DNA of 64,000 nt from positions 1,860,001 through 1,924,000 of the forward strand of contig OZ361257.1 of NCBI GenBank assembly GCA_977018835.1, given 5' to 3'. Position numbers and translations under genes: made by a program. Shown here in pieces: positions 23,673 to 37,005 of the stretch (position 1 is the first letter of the stretch; each line of letters starts with the position of its first letter). The notes beneath the pieces are model-generated. The model searched no databases. It worked only from the letters and a program-made list of their open reading frames with translations, and was not told the DNA's origin. This DNA is from Minutocellus sp. GHC0000111. Taxonomy: Eukaryota.

Positions 23673-25545
23673 CTGACGGTCAAATGCATTCAACAATGCA
23701 GCGGATTGATGGGTCGTAGCAGGAAACATTGATTTTGAATCCTGCTGTAAAGCGACAATGCTTCCATCTCATCTCTATATCTCTATAAAATTTATACATT
23801 ACATCTATACACACGATGATATAGTCCATCAATTCATGTGCTCGCATCATACTTGCTATCTACCCCTTCGTTGGCAACCAGTAATGCCATGGCGCATCGT
23901 GCTTTGCCGTCAGCAACATTTATTTTACCTCGTGAAAGATCTGCCATGCCATCTTCTTATATTTTTTTACATTTTCTACTTCCATTGGCAGTTTTCGTTC
24001 ATGAACCAATCTCTATCCAATTCCATAGCATGACAGCAGCCTTCATCCCATGGTCCTTGATTCTTTGTGCACTTCTCACACCATCTGCAGTTGCAAACGA
24101 TGCACATAAGGCTGCACAAGGATCATGCCATTTTGGAGCATCACCAACAATACCCAGTCCTCTCTTCATCATTGCGATACGCGATGATGCAGTCCTTGCA
24201 TGTAAGGGTTGTTCGCTTATCGCACGAATCATCATCCTTAATTTCCCTCATGCTAACCTTCGAGCATTTGACTCCTGGCTGATATACCTGAGTTTCTCCA
24301 TCGGGCAGCTCTTCCACCTGCGCGCCTCGCTGGTTCAGATATTTTCTGTACTCACGCACGGCGATCGCACAGGTCTTCTCGTCCAACACAGCAAGCTCGA
24401 AACAAAGCGCTTTGTCCGGTTCTACATGTAGCGCAGTGTCGACATTACGGATGCGACCCTCGATGATACTTGCGATTCGCTTCGTATATGAAGCGGGCAT
24501 ACGACGTAGGTGACCGTAATTGAACTGCCGCATGCGTTCGTCGCGGTGACAGGTTCAAGTCAGAGAGGTTCTCTTCCGTGAAATTGCCATCTTCGCCTTC
24601 TCGGTCTTCTCCCTCACCAAATTCTGATTCATGCTACGCCTGCTTGGCGCGACGGGGGTTCGCCTCCACCTCGCCGGTTGGATGCTTGTAGGTGATCTCT
24701 CCTCATCCATAATACGTAGTAATAGGCAGTGATACTGCCGATTTCTTGCCATTTGAGTGACCGTGGCGCCTCCGGCCAGTCATGCAGTCACCTCTTGCCC
24801 CAGTTCTGGATTGATTTTTGTTCGGTAACTCTATTGGAAACTCGGGTTGTGATTTAAGACAAATAACCACCAAGTGTCAAGACTTTTCAGGACACCCAAA
24901 ACAAATCTTTACAAATCGAGGAGAGGAAGCCACCTTGACCACCTGTCGACAAGACGGTCCTTTCACGCCGAAATACCGGCAGTTGGAGAAATTCAGACGA
25001 TCCATTCGCTCCCAACAGCGTCATTTCAGCCACGGGGTGCACCGCTGAAGCTTCAACGCATCCAAGTTTTCGCCCAACTTTCCGAAATTTGACGAGATGC
25101 GCTGTGCCAAAGCTGGATCTGCGCACACTCTCACAAGACGGATCGTCGCGTCTTTGACAGCAAATACTGGAGGATGAGAAAGTTGGCGACGGATCGAGGG
25201 CGTCTTTGCTTGCTTCGTGCAGCGCACCCATCGCCGTCTTTTCCATCACATCGCAAAATTATGCGTTGAGGATCGGCACTTCTAGACGAATCAACCCCTC
25301 ACTTTTCAAACAAACAAAAACTTATCAAAGCTCATCAAACCAGGAAGGTACATGTAAGTCGGAAAAAGAAACGAAAGCGCAGTGTTGCATTGATTTATCA
25401 GCAATAAAATATGTTCACCCCTTAACTTTATCGTACGATTTGAATATCAACGATCGATGTTATGTTTGCATTCTCACTCACGTAATAATTCCCTACATCT
25501 GTATATATACCATATATCCAGTTCCACCTAAAAATTACAGCCAAT

Positions 25546-26157
25546 ATGAAGATTACCAACTCTGCCCTCCTCTTCGTCGCCGCTATCGGCGCAGTCTCTG
25601 CCAAGGACACTCCTCTTCGTCGTGCTCGCAACCTCCAGGACACTACTATCAACCCTGTCGATGCTATTGAAGCTGATGGTCGTGGCAGCAAGAGCGGTGA
25701 GCCCTTCGACGGAGATCTCGGCAGCATCACCCACCTGAAGGGAGACTGCTTCTATGATTTCCCCGACGAGGACAACTTCGAGGTTCTGTCTGGAAGTCCC
25801 GACGCAATGACTTGCATTGGCGAGCGATGCAACCTCTCTCTCGAGCACAATCGCGTTGTTGGTTTAAACCTCGAGGAAATCAAGGAGGACGAGAAACTTG
25901 TAGGCTTCTTCAACTTGAACTGTCCTGATACATTCAAGGCCTCCTTCGGTCTTAGCTGTCCGATTGGGTACAATGTCGAGAAGATCTTTGCCCTTACTAC
26001 TGCCGAAAAGCTCGTCGTTGACTGTGAGCTTGGCGGCAACGGAAGATACTGCATAGTGAAGGAATTCGACTACAAGTTTGGTTTCCTGAATGGAGTCAAG
26101 ATGCCCTTTGAAGAGTTTGGCTCCTTGTACAAATACTTCTGCAAGAAAATTTATTAG
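25546..26157 (+). CDS. Secreted Cys-rich protein, paralog B; probable 5'-UTR intron 25354-25540
   Basis: Shares PLRRARNLQ, PFDGDLG, GDCxYDF, FEVLxGSPxAMTC and FGLSCP with paralog A. Confidence 0.85.
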   Translation: MKITNSALLFVAAIGAVSAKDTPLRRARNLQDTTINPVDAIEADGRGSKSGEPFDGDLGSITHLKGDCFYDFPDEDNFEVLSGSPDAMTCIGERCNLSLEHNRVVGLNLEEIKEDEKLVGFFNLNCPDTFKASFGLSCPIGYNVEKIFALTTAEKLVVDCELGGNGRYCIVKEFDYKFGFLNGVKMPFEEFGSLYKYFCKKIY

Positions 26158-26822
26158 GCGTCCAACTGTACCATTAGCCAGCAGATGCTATGAACGAAGC
26201 AGCGAGTATTCAAGTCGTCTCAGAGTTAGTTATCTCATGACATCTTTTTGTAAAACTCACTAGCTAGCGCCATACATATTCATACACATTCTGCATGCAT
26301 GTATCGAGTAGATTTACGTGCACTATTTTTCTGCAAGTGTTACTATATTGAATTATATAAGCGGCCACATATGCGTGATTGCCTTTGGCAAACATGGTTG
26401 TGGTCTCTCTCTATATACTACTACTACTATCTACTGCAAGCTACGTAGTATACTGTAACGTGCAGGTTCTCAATATCGACTTTATGGAACGCTTGGAAGC
26501 AAATGCTGTTTGTTATCTGACTTCCCTTCTTTGACTCGCTGCTGCAATGGCAGCGGGAGATCTCGTCCGTGCTGCAGCGATAAGCGGTTAGCGGTAAGCC
26601 GTAAGCATTCCGTATGTTAGACAGGCTATCTACTGTCCCACGAGCAGCGAATTGATGCGTCATAGCAGGACACATTGATTTTGAATCCTGTTGTAAAACG
26701 ACAATGCTTCCATCTCATCTCTATAAATACATCTACATGTATATTGCACCTAGTAGGAATCCTATATACACACTATCAACTATTGATATAGTCGATCAAT
26801 CTACATTCTCGCACCATCCATG

Positions 26823-27703
26823 TTATCTACTCCTTCGATGACAGCTTGCTGCTGCAACAGCAGCCGGAGATCTCGTCGAGGGACGAATGCGCAAGTTGCC
26901 CTTGGCCGCCACGTACTGCTTGTTGTTGGACTTCTTCTCACTACCAAACAATTTGCTCAGATTGCGAATCAACGAACCATTGCTGTTCCGGCGAACAAGC
27001 TTCTTGCGTCGCAATACGTGATTCTGAATCCGTGCTCGGACACCCCTGGATCGCAAATCGCGCTTGACGTTGCGCGAGAACAGCGTGACGTACTGATCGA
27101 CGGCGTTGACATCGGTCGGGTCGTCGAGGATGCCGGACGCGCTGCCGACGTTGAGGATGGTGCCCCCGTCGCCGCGGGTGGCCATGTCGTCGGCGAACAT
27201 GCTGGTCAGGGTGAGGACCGTGTTCAATGTAGGACCCAGCGCGGTCGTGTCGTCCTCCAGTACCTAGGTATGCGCCGGGAGGTGTTGGTATCGTAGTGAC
27301 AAAAGTCGGAGTTGCAGATCATGAGATCGACCTTGAGTTTGCGTTGGACGACGATGGTTCTGTACAATTGTTCGGCGGCGGCCGGTCCAGACGACAGATT
27401 GGCCGCATGCGTCGACACGTCGATCTGGTTCTGATGCTGATATCGCAACTGGGCGGCAAGGTCGTCGAGGGGCTTCTTGCGCCGTCCGACGAGGATGAGG
27501 TCGTTCCCCTGGGAGGCATGATGGTACGTGAGGGCCAGACCGGGACCGGCGGTAGCGCCGACGATCAGCACGACCTGCCTTCGATCGATGCGATCGTCGC
27601 CGCGGTGGGCGCGAGAAGACGAAGAAGGAGATGCAGATTTCGTGCTGCTTGGTGGGACGACGGCGGCAATGTTGTTCGATCGGAGCGAGAGATTGTAGTT
27701 CAT
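26823..27703 (-). pseudogene. Short-chain dehydrogenase/reductase-like gene, frame-broken at ~27260 and lacking YxxxK
   Basis: LIVGATAGPG, LILVGRRKKPL, VDLMICNS and GTILNVGSAS; split over ORFs 27224-27703 and 26823-27227. Confidence 0.7.
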
Positions 27704-28052
27704 GCAAGGCGAGTCAGAGTGGAGTAGAGTGAGGATGTGTAGTCAATTCGTGCAAGTATCTGGTTTGTCCTTCATGGGCGGGGGTGGATGGGCATAAAAA
27801 TGAGTGATACCGAAATGTGGTACTACTGCAGTACCACTCGGCACTTCCAAATCGAAGCCGACCGATCTCCATGACTACTGCCTCACGCACTCTTCCGCGA
27901 AGAAGTCGATGGAAAAGGGGCCTCGGGGATTTTGAGCTTGCTTGCGTGGCCAAGAGACCTTGAAAGAGCGTGTTTGCTGTTTTGGGAACAATTCCCGAAT
28001 CGGTCGAGCTGCTGCTCTGTGCTGGAGTCGTTGTTTTTTCCGAAGGACAGAG

Positions 28053-31000
28053 ATGGCCAGCGGCAATACTAACCACACCAAGACGCACAGGCGCCTCCGT
28101 CCGAGGCCGGCGGCTTCGTCGTCGTCGTCTTCGGGTGCACCGGCGGCAGCCCAGGGCGGGAGGAGCAGCCGCATGATGTTGCTGTCCAACGCATCTGCGG
28201 CCGGCGGCAGCCGACGGAACAACATTGGCAGTAGCGGCAGCAGCCGACGGACGAAGGCCGGCGGCAGCCCCAAGAGGTCCTCGACCATGTCTCAAATCAC
28301 CACCGCGTCGTTCCAAACCCACCAGACGGCCTCGCAGCCGTGCGATTACGAGGCCCCCCTCAACGAACCGGTTGTGAGAGGGCAGCCCAAGTCCAAGATG
28401 AGACGGAGCCGGGCCGGGAAGAAATTTCGCAAGCGGTTGCTGTCCTCCTCGCAGGGCGGCGGCGGTGGTAGTGGTAGTGGAAGTAGTGCGTCGGGCAGGA
28501 GCGGATACGAGGGCAGCCGGAGCAGCGGTGCCTCCTCGAAGACGTCGGCGATGAAGCGCTCAGCGAGCGACGGGTCGGTCTACCTCCTCGGCGAGCAGTC
28601 CGATAATCGGCGTGCAGGAGGAGCCTCCACAGCCATGATGAGAGCCAAAAGCGAGGGGGACACCGGATACTACTCCTCGTACAGCGACGTGGAGGAGCAT
28701 GAGGACGACGACGACGACAACGCGCGGAGCATGGATTCCGCCAGCCGTGATCTGGGCAGCGACGAGATCGACGAGTACGCCAACCCCCAACCCCAACCGA
28801 CACCTACTACTGCTACCGCCAAGAATCCGACCTCGTTGGCGGCCCTGGATGTCATGCGACCACCACCCACGGCGTCCACTGAGTCCAACTTAAGCCTCAT
28901 CCCTCCAACGGCCGCCGTACCATCGGCCAAGGAGCTCCTCCGTCGGTCCAACGAGATGCAGGACGAGGTAGAATTACGGAAAATGCAGGACGAGTTGCTG
29001 CTGCGAGAGGAGGAGGATGCTACCGGTGCCATTAGAAGGACGATGATGGGTGAAAAAGAACAGAAGGTGGCAGCCGCCAGGCTGGAGATGGACCTGACGG
29101 CTCCCAAATTTGGGGGCGATCACCATGGACATGTCGCCGATGCCGACGATGTCATGAGCAGCCCCGGCGGTGGTGGCAGGCCCAGCGAGCTCACCCACGC
29201 CACCGACAATCGCACATCGAGCCTCGTGGATCAATTCGACGTTGACGATGTCATCAGCGTCGTCACCTCGGCCACACCGTACGCGTCCAATGTGGAGATA
29301 CGAAAGCTGTACGAGGAGGGCACCATTACCAAGGCCGAATACACCCAGATGGTGCAGGCCGACGAACGGTTCGAGATGGCCAACTTTTTGGGTGTCGATG
29401 CCGCCGATGCCGCGGCGGCCAAGCAAGGGTCGGCGATGCCCTCGACAGCTACTGATAGATCTGCCTCTGCTGCAGCACCCGCACCCGCAACCACTTCTGC
29501 TTCCAGCAGGGTCAACCCCTACCTGCCCGTCTCCCGTGTGCCGTCGGACGAATCATCGTCGCCTCCCGACATCATCCCCACACGCACGGAAGACACCTCC
29601 GACGAGGCCGTAGTCCACCAGTACAGCTCCGAGAGTACCATGCAAACGCCCGACAGCGAAGATCTGAGCCACGCCGTCCATCAGGTGGAGGCCCGACCTC
29701 GGACCACCACGCCCATCAAGCCCCGTCGCGGATCGATGTCCGATACCAGCTCCCACCGGGAGGAGGCTAACGCCGCCCGGTTGGCGGCCGCCCGGCGTCA
29801 TGCCATGCGGAGGTTGTCCTCCACAGGAGGACCGACTCCGCAGAGGACGAACCGCCAGGAGGAGCACGACCAGGCTGCTGTCACCGCCGATGCCAACGCC
29901 AACGCCGGCACTGGCGAGGTCCGACCTGGCATGGCTCGGCGTCGTTCGTCCCTCGAGGTTGGCGACGAGGTTCCCAACCCGTACGGCCGTCCGTTGCCAC
30001 GTGAACATCTGTTCTCTGCGCGGCACATTCAGGGTCGACGAGCCTCGTCGGGATCTTCCAACGCCGATACCAGTGGCGACGTCTCTTCGATCACACCGAC
30101 GTCCGAGCCGCGGCGCAAGACATGGTCCGGCGCCGGCGAGGGGAGTGTGTCCGAGGAGACTGGTAGGAAGCTCCCCGGCGGCATTGCCAAGGCCGCCTTC
30201 CAACATGGCCTCGGTACCATCGAGAAGAAGGGCAACGGTGAGTTTACGACACCGGATGATCCAGTAGCTCCCGCCTCCAAGTTCAAGAATCCCTGGGCAC
30301 CTATGACCAAGGGCGGCAACCAACTCAAGGGCAAGGGTGCTATGGGCAAGAAGGGCGTCGGCGGCGCGTCTGACCTCATCGAGCGCAATACCATCTCCAC
30401 GGCACCATCTTCGAGCAACGCCCGTCCATCCGGCGGGGCCTGGGAGGTCACTCAGGTCGAGGAGGGCGGCGACATGACGGCTGAGGAAATTGAGGAGCTC
30501 CAAGCCTTTAGCCAAGCTGCCAAGAGCTGGAGCAAGAAGAAGGGCAAGACTAAGAAGGGCAAGAAGACTTCGAGCGCCGTCGCCGCCATCCTCGGCGACG
30601 TGCAGGAGGCCCAAATGGACGAGGAGGATGAGGGAGGCATGACGCTACCGCAGGGCCCTGATGCCTCCGCGTCGCTCGTGATATCCCGACCACCGGCGAA
30701 GTCGAAGAAGCCCAAGCGATCCCTCAAGGCCGAGGCCGAGGCTGCTGCAGACCAGCGGATTCAGCGACTCGAGAAAGCGTCAAGAGCTGCTTTTGCCGCC
30801 GAACGAAGACAGCAAGAGGCCGAGGAGGCCAAGCACTACACTTGGGATGAGAGAAACAACACCAAATCGTCCGCGAAAGATACTGCCCAGCGTTCCAAGA
30901 ATGCTACTTCTGCCAGGCCACCGGCAAAACAGGACGGCGACGATTCCCTCGACACGGAAGAGAGGGCAATGACGAGGAGGGTACAGCAATTGGAAGCAGA

Positions 31001-34000
31001 GACCGGTGCAGCTGTGTCTCGGTGGGCAACTGTTGGTGATACGACAAGCTCCTCTGGCTACGCTTCATCCAGCATTTATCATTACAGAGCCAGTGAAGCA
31101 ACGATGGATACTGGACTCTCTTCGTCTGTTCAGCCGTCAACGTCTGATCACTACCGCACAAGCGAGGGTTCTTTGCAGACTGGTCATTCGTCGCATCGTC
31201 CATCAAGCACTTCGACAAACACCAACACGTCGAGCTATCAGAAGCCCTCCAAGGCTTCAAAAAAGACTGGAACGGATTGAGTCTGGAATTGAGTTTGAGG
31301 AAGATTCCAGGGAGGGTGTCGCCGCCGACGGCAATTTATATCCCATCGGCGAGGACTCCACTCAAGCTTCGTCGTATATTTCCAAGGAGCAACAGAAGAA
31401 GCTGCAGCGTGTCATGAACAATGCTGCCAAGAGGCACATGTCTCATATGTCTAGTATCTCCAACGATGTGAGCGTGATGACAGATAGTGGCAATGATCTA
31501 ACAGTAGCGACTGAGCCATCGTTCATAGATGCCGAAAGCGAAGCCAAGAAGAGCAATGATCTCCGCTCCGAGGGACCTCCTGTGAACGATACTGAAGACG
31601 CCGAGCTGAACCCTTTGACGACATTTACTGAGCCTCTCAAGAGTCCCAACACGGATGTTGCCGTTGCTCAGAGCAAATCTGAAAAGGCGAAGGAACGCAA
31701 TTCCAGTAGGCTCTCCGAGGCTACTGCCGATCAGAGCGCTGTTTCTGGCTTGACCAATCCGTCCGTGACTGCATCCGCAGGTGCGGGCTTATTTCCTGTT
31801 GAATCACTGAAAGATGTAAATAAGCCAAATGTGGTACTACCAAAGCAGGATGGTTCCAACTCCTCCCCTGATTACGAAAAGATTGCCGTCGAGGAAAATA
31901 TTTGGCGGCATATCAACGAGCTCCTTGATGATTGTTTGAGCATAATGGACGGGCCTGGTGAAGACTCGTCCAGTGCGTCTGGCACATATGTCTCTGAAGG
32001 AGTTGATACCGAGACGGTGACAAGCCGAATGACACGAAAGTCTCATGATTGGGATCTGCTTTCTCAGATTGGTGCCGGCGAAAGTGAAAGCGTTGTCCAA
32101 AAGCGAGGCCGACAAGTGAAAATTGACGAAATTGAGGAAATCTCCAAGGCCAAGGCAGCCCTGGCTTCGTTCAATGATTACTTTCATGATTCGACGGAGA
32201 GCTTCCGCAGTGGTGCGACAGAAGCCTTTGAGAAAACTTGGGCTGTGGCGTCGCGTGCTTCTTCGGTGGCTTCCTTTGGCGAAGATTACACATTGGCTCA
32301 AATCGAAGGAGGTACCGCTGTCGACGAAGTGTCGGAAACGAAGGATGATGCTCGGCTGAAGACCAATGTGGCAGTATCGAGAAGTATCCTCCGCGGATCG
32401 TTGAAGGAATTGTCTCGTCGCAATATTGCCATTGACCCCAACACTGATTCGGAATCTATCGGTGCAACAAGAGAGCCCATGAAGAAGAAGGATACTACGA
32501 GGATTATGCCAGAGACAGAGGAAGAAATGTGGGTTCGCCGTGGACTGGAAAACATGGAAGATTCCAAGCTCGGGAAGATTGCAATCGATACATTTTCGAA
32601 TGTTCTCGTCGAGTCCATGCCAATTGGAATCCAAGCTGCTATCATGGACCATGCCGACGAGGCCGGCCTCGTGCTGAAAGACGCTGCCGAAATGGATTTG
32701 AATCATATCGATATTGCGCCAGAAAAGAAAGCATTGCTAGCAGGCCCTCATCTTACCCTCTACGAGGTGTTCCGTTGGTCTCTCCAGGTGAACGTGGACC
32801 ACCTCGTCAAGGCAGAAGGGGCCGAGGAACGGAGGAAGAGGAGGGAACTGGAAAAAGAGCGGGCGAAGCACGCGGAAGAAAACGAACAATTCGAAGAAGC
32901 GTTTGAGCAGTTTCTCGGTGAAGCACTGGCCAAGGAAACCGAGAAGGCCGCCGAGGCTGCAATGGCTTCTCCAGAACGGAACTATCTTCCGGATATTCTT
33001 CATCCAATTCAGGAAGAAGGTAGTCGCCAGTTGGGCAGCGATCAGTCACGAATTAGGACGGAATCGAATTCTGAAGATACTGACACTTCGAAGAGTGTTT
33101 TGAGCGTCGCTTTGAAGCTCGGTGCAGTTGCAGCTGAGGAAGACAACATGAAGGAGGAGGATGTTAGGTGAGTTTACAGCCATCGTGTTTTCCCTTTCCT
33201 TTGTGGCCTACCTATTTCATAAGAGACAGATATCTTCTCACTTTTGCGTCCTACTCTTTTTTGTTCTGTTTTCGATCCACAGCACCGACCCTTTACAATA
33301 TCTCTCTACGATACCGGACGATGAGAGTGGAGATGACCCCTTTGAGAGTGTCCTACGCAATAGAAGACGGTCGTCAATGCTTTCGACGCTTGAAGAGGTC
33401 GAGGAGAAAAGCTCATCTGAAATGAGTGACGATGCCAAGCTCAACCAGCTTCTTGGTCTCAATGAGATCCAAAGCCAAGACGAAGGAGAGTCGCAGGAGT
33501 CTCATATTCCCAGAAGGGAATCCCTTACACCCGCCGCACTTGAACGGGCGGCTGGCATTCGAAGCATCTCTAACAGTAGCGACTTACAGCGATCATCGAG
33601 CGGCACTACCCAATCAAGCTTGGCAAGGCCATCGACTCTATTACAAGGAGGCATCGCCAATGCAGCAGCAAGGCACGGGCTCATCCGTTCCAATGGAATG
33701 AGTTCGCTTCACGCCAATTCCTCGTCATCGCAAGGAATGTCTCGAACATCAAGCGGTATGACTCGGGAATCCAGCGGTATGACACGGGCATCCAGCGGCA
33801 TGACAAGAGCCTCGAGTTTGACTACCTCGACATCAGGTCCGGGTATCTTACGATCGAGGTATTCATCTCGTTCCTCTTCTATGGGAACACCTTTACAGCG
33901 AGAGCGGCGAGCTTCAGATCCGGTATCCACTTCGACCTCGCGTCAGGAATCTTCTGTCACTGTCGAATCCAGCGAGAACGAAGGTCGTTCTGTACGTTTT

Positions 34001-34846
34001 GCCATGCCACGTGGGCAGAATATTAATCGAAGTGAAATCGATCGAATGCGAGAAGAGTTTGGACTTGTTCGGGACATCGAAACGAAGAAATCCGACCCAT
34101 TCGAGAAAGCCATTTCTGACTACAACCAGTCCTTCAGTCGACCATCTGAAATCAGCGAAAGCGCTACCCGCCTCGTCAAAGAGCTTCAAGAGATGAGGCG
34201 AAAGGAGGGAACAGACTCGTCTCAAAAGCGCTTGTTTGTATCGTCTCGATTTCAACCAAAGATCATCAATGAAGGACAACAACAGTGCAAAGTGCTCGCA
34301 GACTATTCAACGAGATCAAAATCAAGTCTGGCTCACGACGAAAACTTTTGCAGAGACCTTGTCTATGTTTGCCGAATCCGCCAAGCTCACATACTTCTCG
34401 AATAGCTCGAGTTCAAAGACCCCCGGTTCGAGTAGCGCCGGTACGAATGGATCAGGAGGTCGAGCAACGATGCACCTTTTGAAAATGACTCGTCGGCATA
34501 CGCATCTAGTTCGGCATCAGGCACAACCAACGCGCATACTCTAAGTGGAAGTGATACCTATTTCACCAAGGAAAGCAGCAAGGACCAATCTGCATACGAT
34601 CGAACCGGGCCACAGCGTGTTCCCTCACCCAAATCGCTTTGTAGTTCAATATCATCCGGACTAGACCATCTCAGCGGCAGCGAAACATACGCGAGACACA
34701 GCAGCAAGGACAGCAGCGGCAAGGACCCCTCAAGATATTCTTCGTCGCAGACCCCTGCTATCTCATCTACAACCCTTGTTAGCAGCATATCTTCAGGATT
34801 CGACTTCGCGCCGGAACCATCTACACTCGTTGAAATGACCAAATAA
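28053..34846 (+). CDS. Very large low-complexity, likely disordered protein (~2200 aa); intron 33168-33282; indels at ~31260, ~34342 and ~34459
   Basis: ORFs 27942-31280, 31006-33171 and 33161-34405 plus the open frame to TAA 34844-34846 join through single-base indels and one GTGAGT...CACAG intron. Confidence 0.7.
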
Positions 34847-34951
34847 ATAGGAGAAATCCCGTTACTAACATGTACATAACCAAAATAATCATGCTTTTGC
34901 AGAGAAATTTACTAGATCCTCTTGCATTACTCTTCCATTAGGGTTATCTAG

Positions 34952-36605
34952 CTAGCTCGACTTGATAAGTGCCTCCGATTCCTCATGAACAGCATCGACA
35001 AAGGCACGGACGAGCTCGGGACTTTCCTTTCCGCCCAGTCCCTCACCAAGGTTGGCCACCAATCGCTGCAGTCCAAGGTCTTCCAACAATTGCTTCGCCG
35101 TTGCTCGAACAGTGTCAACCGTCTTGGTACCCTCCTCGTCCTCAATCAGCTCCCGTGGGTCGTAGTTGCCCTGCAGACCGGTACGGCCGCCAACAGTCGT
35201 CCGCGCGGTCGCTCGGTTCACCGACCCATCAATCGTCACAACATCGTACCCCAGCTTGGACAAGGCCTCGTTCGCGAAACTGCAATGCATATATTTTGGT
35301 GGCAAAATAGAGTAAAGTGTGAGATAATTGAAAAAAAAGAAAAAAGAAAAGAACTTACGAATCAAGAGTACATCGTATACCAATGAGTAAACTCACCTGG
35401 CACCCCGAGCAAAGACCATGAGGGGAACGTCAGGAAATCGCGATTTCAGCTCGGTGGCAATCTCCTTCAGACACGGCAGAGCAAATTCATCAAAGTTCTT
35501 CTCGTCAATCATCATCCCCATGGCCTCAAACAATTGCAGCATGTTGGCCCCGGCCTCGACCTGGGCGGACATGTATTCGATGATGATTTTCGTCAACACA
35601 TCGAGCAATCGTCGGGAATCTTCGGGATTCTCGGCAAGCCACTGGACACCGATGTCGTTGTTCTTTTTCGAGGAACCTCCGACCATGTAAAACAGCAACG
35701 TCCACGGTGCCGCGCTGAATCCAATGAGGGGCTGGGCCATGCCCTCCTCGGCCATTTTGGTTTTGATCAGCTTGACGGATTCAATGACATGTCCCAGCTT
35801 ATCGGCGACGTATTCGGGCGTCATGGCGGAAACGTCGGGGATGCGCTTGGCCAGATCAGCTGGGTCCTTGATGGGGTTGGGCACCTGAATACCAACGCCG
35901 CCCGGCATGGTCACCTCGACGTTGAGGGCTTCGGCAATGACGAGAATGTCCGAGAACAGAATGGCGGCATCGACGGGATAGCGATGGAGGGGTTGGAGGG
36001 TGCATTCGGCGACGTCCTGGGTGGGCGAAGAAATAGAGAAAGAATGCACGAAGCGATGAGAAACACATGCAGAAAAGGATTTCCAAAGCTCACACATAAA
36101 GATCAATTCATGCCAACCATATCATCATTGAACACATGACATCGGCATGTATAATACTAGTATCACATTACATCACATGACATACCTCGGGATGGGCCAG
36201 CATGTCCAAAAAGTTGCGTCCGGTCTTCTCCTTGTACTCTCTGTACTCGGGCAAATGTCTACCAGCCTGGCGGAACAGCCAGACGGGCGTGCGCTCCACG
36301 TCCTCCCGGCCCAGAGCGGCACGGATCATCAAATCGTTCTCGGGAAGGGGCGGGGTGATGTACTGCGTTGTGCCGTTTTCTTCGGCCGGAGCAGAGGCAG
36401 CGGCGGCATCGGACGACATGAAATCCAGAATGATCTGACGGGTCAGCTCGAGATCTTCCTCGGCCGAGGAGGCGGCGGCTGCCAGAGCCAGAGGCTTATG
36501 AACAGACGCCGATGTTGATGGGGAAGCTGCGCCCGAAGCGACAAATCCAGACGCCGACGGGGCCAGGAAGAGGAGGGCGGTAGCGGCCGAAAGTAGGAGC
36601 TTCAT
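34952..36605 (-). CDS. hemE: Uroporphyrinogen decarboxylase, plastid-targeted; introns 36017-36185 and 35280-35396
   Basis: [43 protein letters not shown] and ANLGEG; presequence [21 protein letters not shown]. Confidence 0.95.
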
Positions 36606-36945
36606 TCTTTTTTGCTTGGAAAAATATATCAGTGTGCGCCAGCGACAGACCAACAGAATCGTGATGCAGCCGAGTATCTTCGAGATAGCTGGAGCAGCGC
36701 TACTACAGCTGTGCAGAAAACATGTGAGCGGCCTTCCACCATCATCGTTGCTGCGCCCATCATGCCGCATCGGCTGTTTTCCTCCCAGCCTCAGGTTCAA
36801 CATACGTACTTCTTTCGAAATGATGACCATGACGTCATGAATTTTGACACGCCGGCTCGTGATAACCCGGAACCAACCAGAGGTGTCCCCGAAATTCGCG
36901 TTCAAAACCCCCACGCCACAACTCCTCCAAACGAACTGCCCGTCC

Positions 36946-37005
36946 CTTGCCGACTGTCCGTGAGAGGGGATCAGACTTGCCGACTGTCCGTGAGAGGGGA
37001 TCAGA
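36946..37005. repeat. Perfect 2 x 30 bp tandem duplication in the divergent hemE/RING intergenic region
   Basis: CTTGCCGACTGTCCGTGAGAGGGGATCAGA occurs twice in tandem. Confidence 0.95.

Noticed and set aside
31250..31270. Programmed ribosomal frameshift at TCAAAAAAG
   Set aside because: It matches the window-wide pattern of homopolymer indels, and no stimulatory structure is evident.
33730..33820. Repeated 21-bp units encoding GMTRxSS
   Set aside because: Ordinary coding minisatellite in a low-complexity protein.
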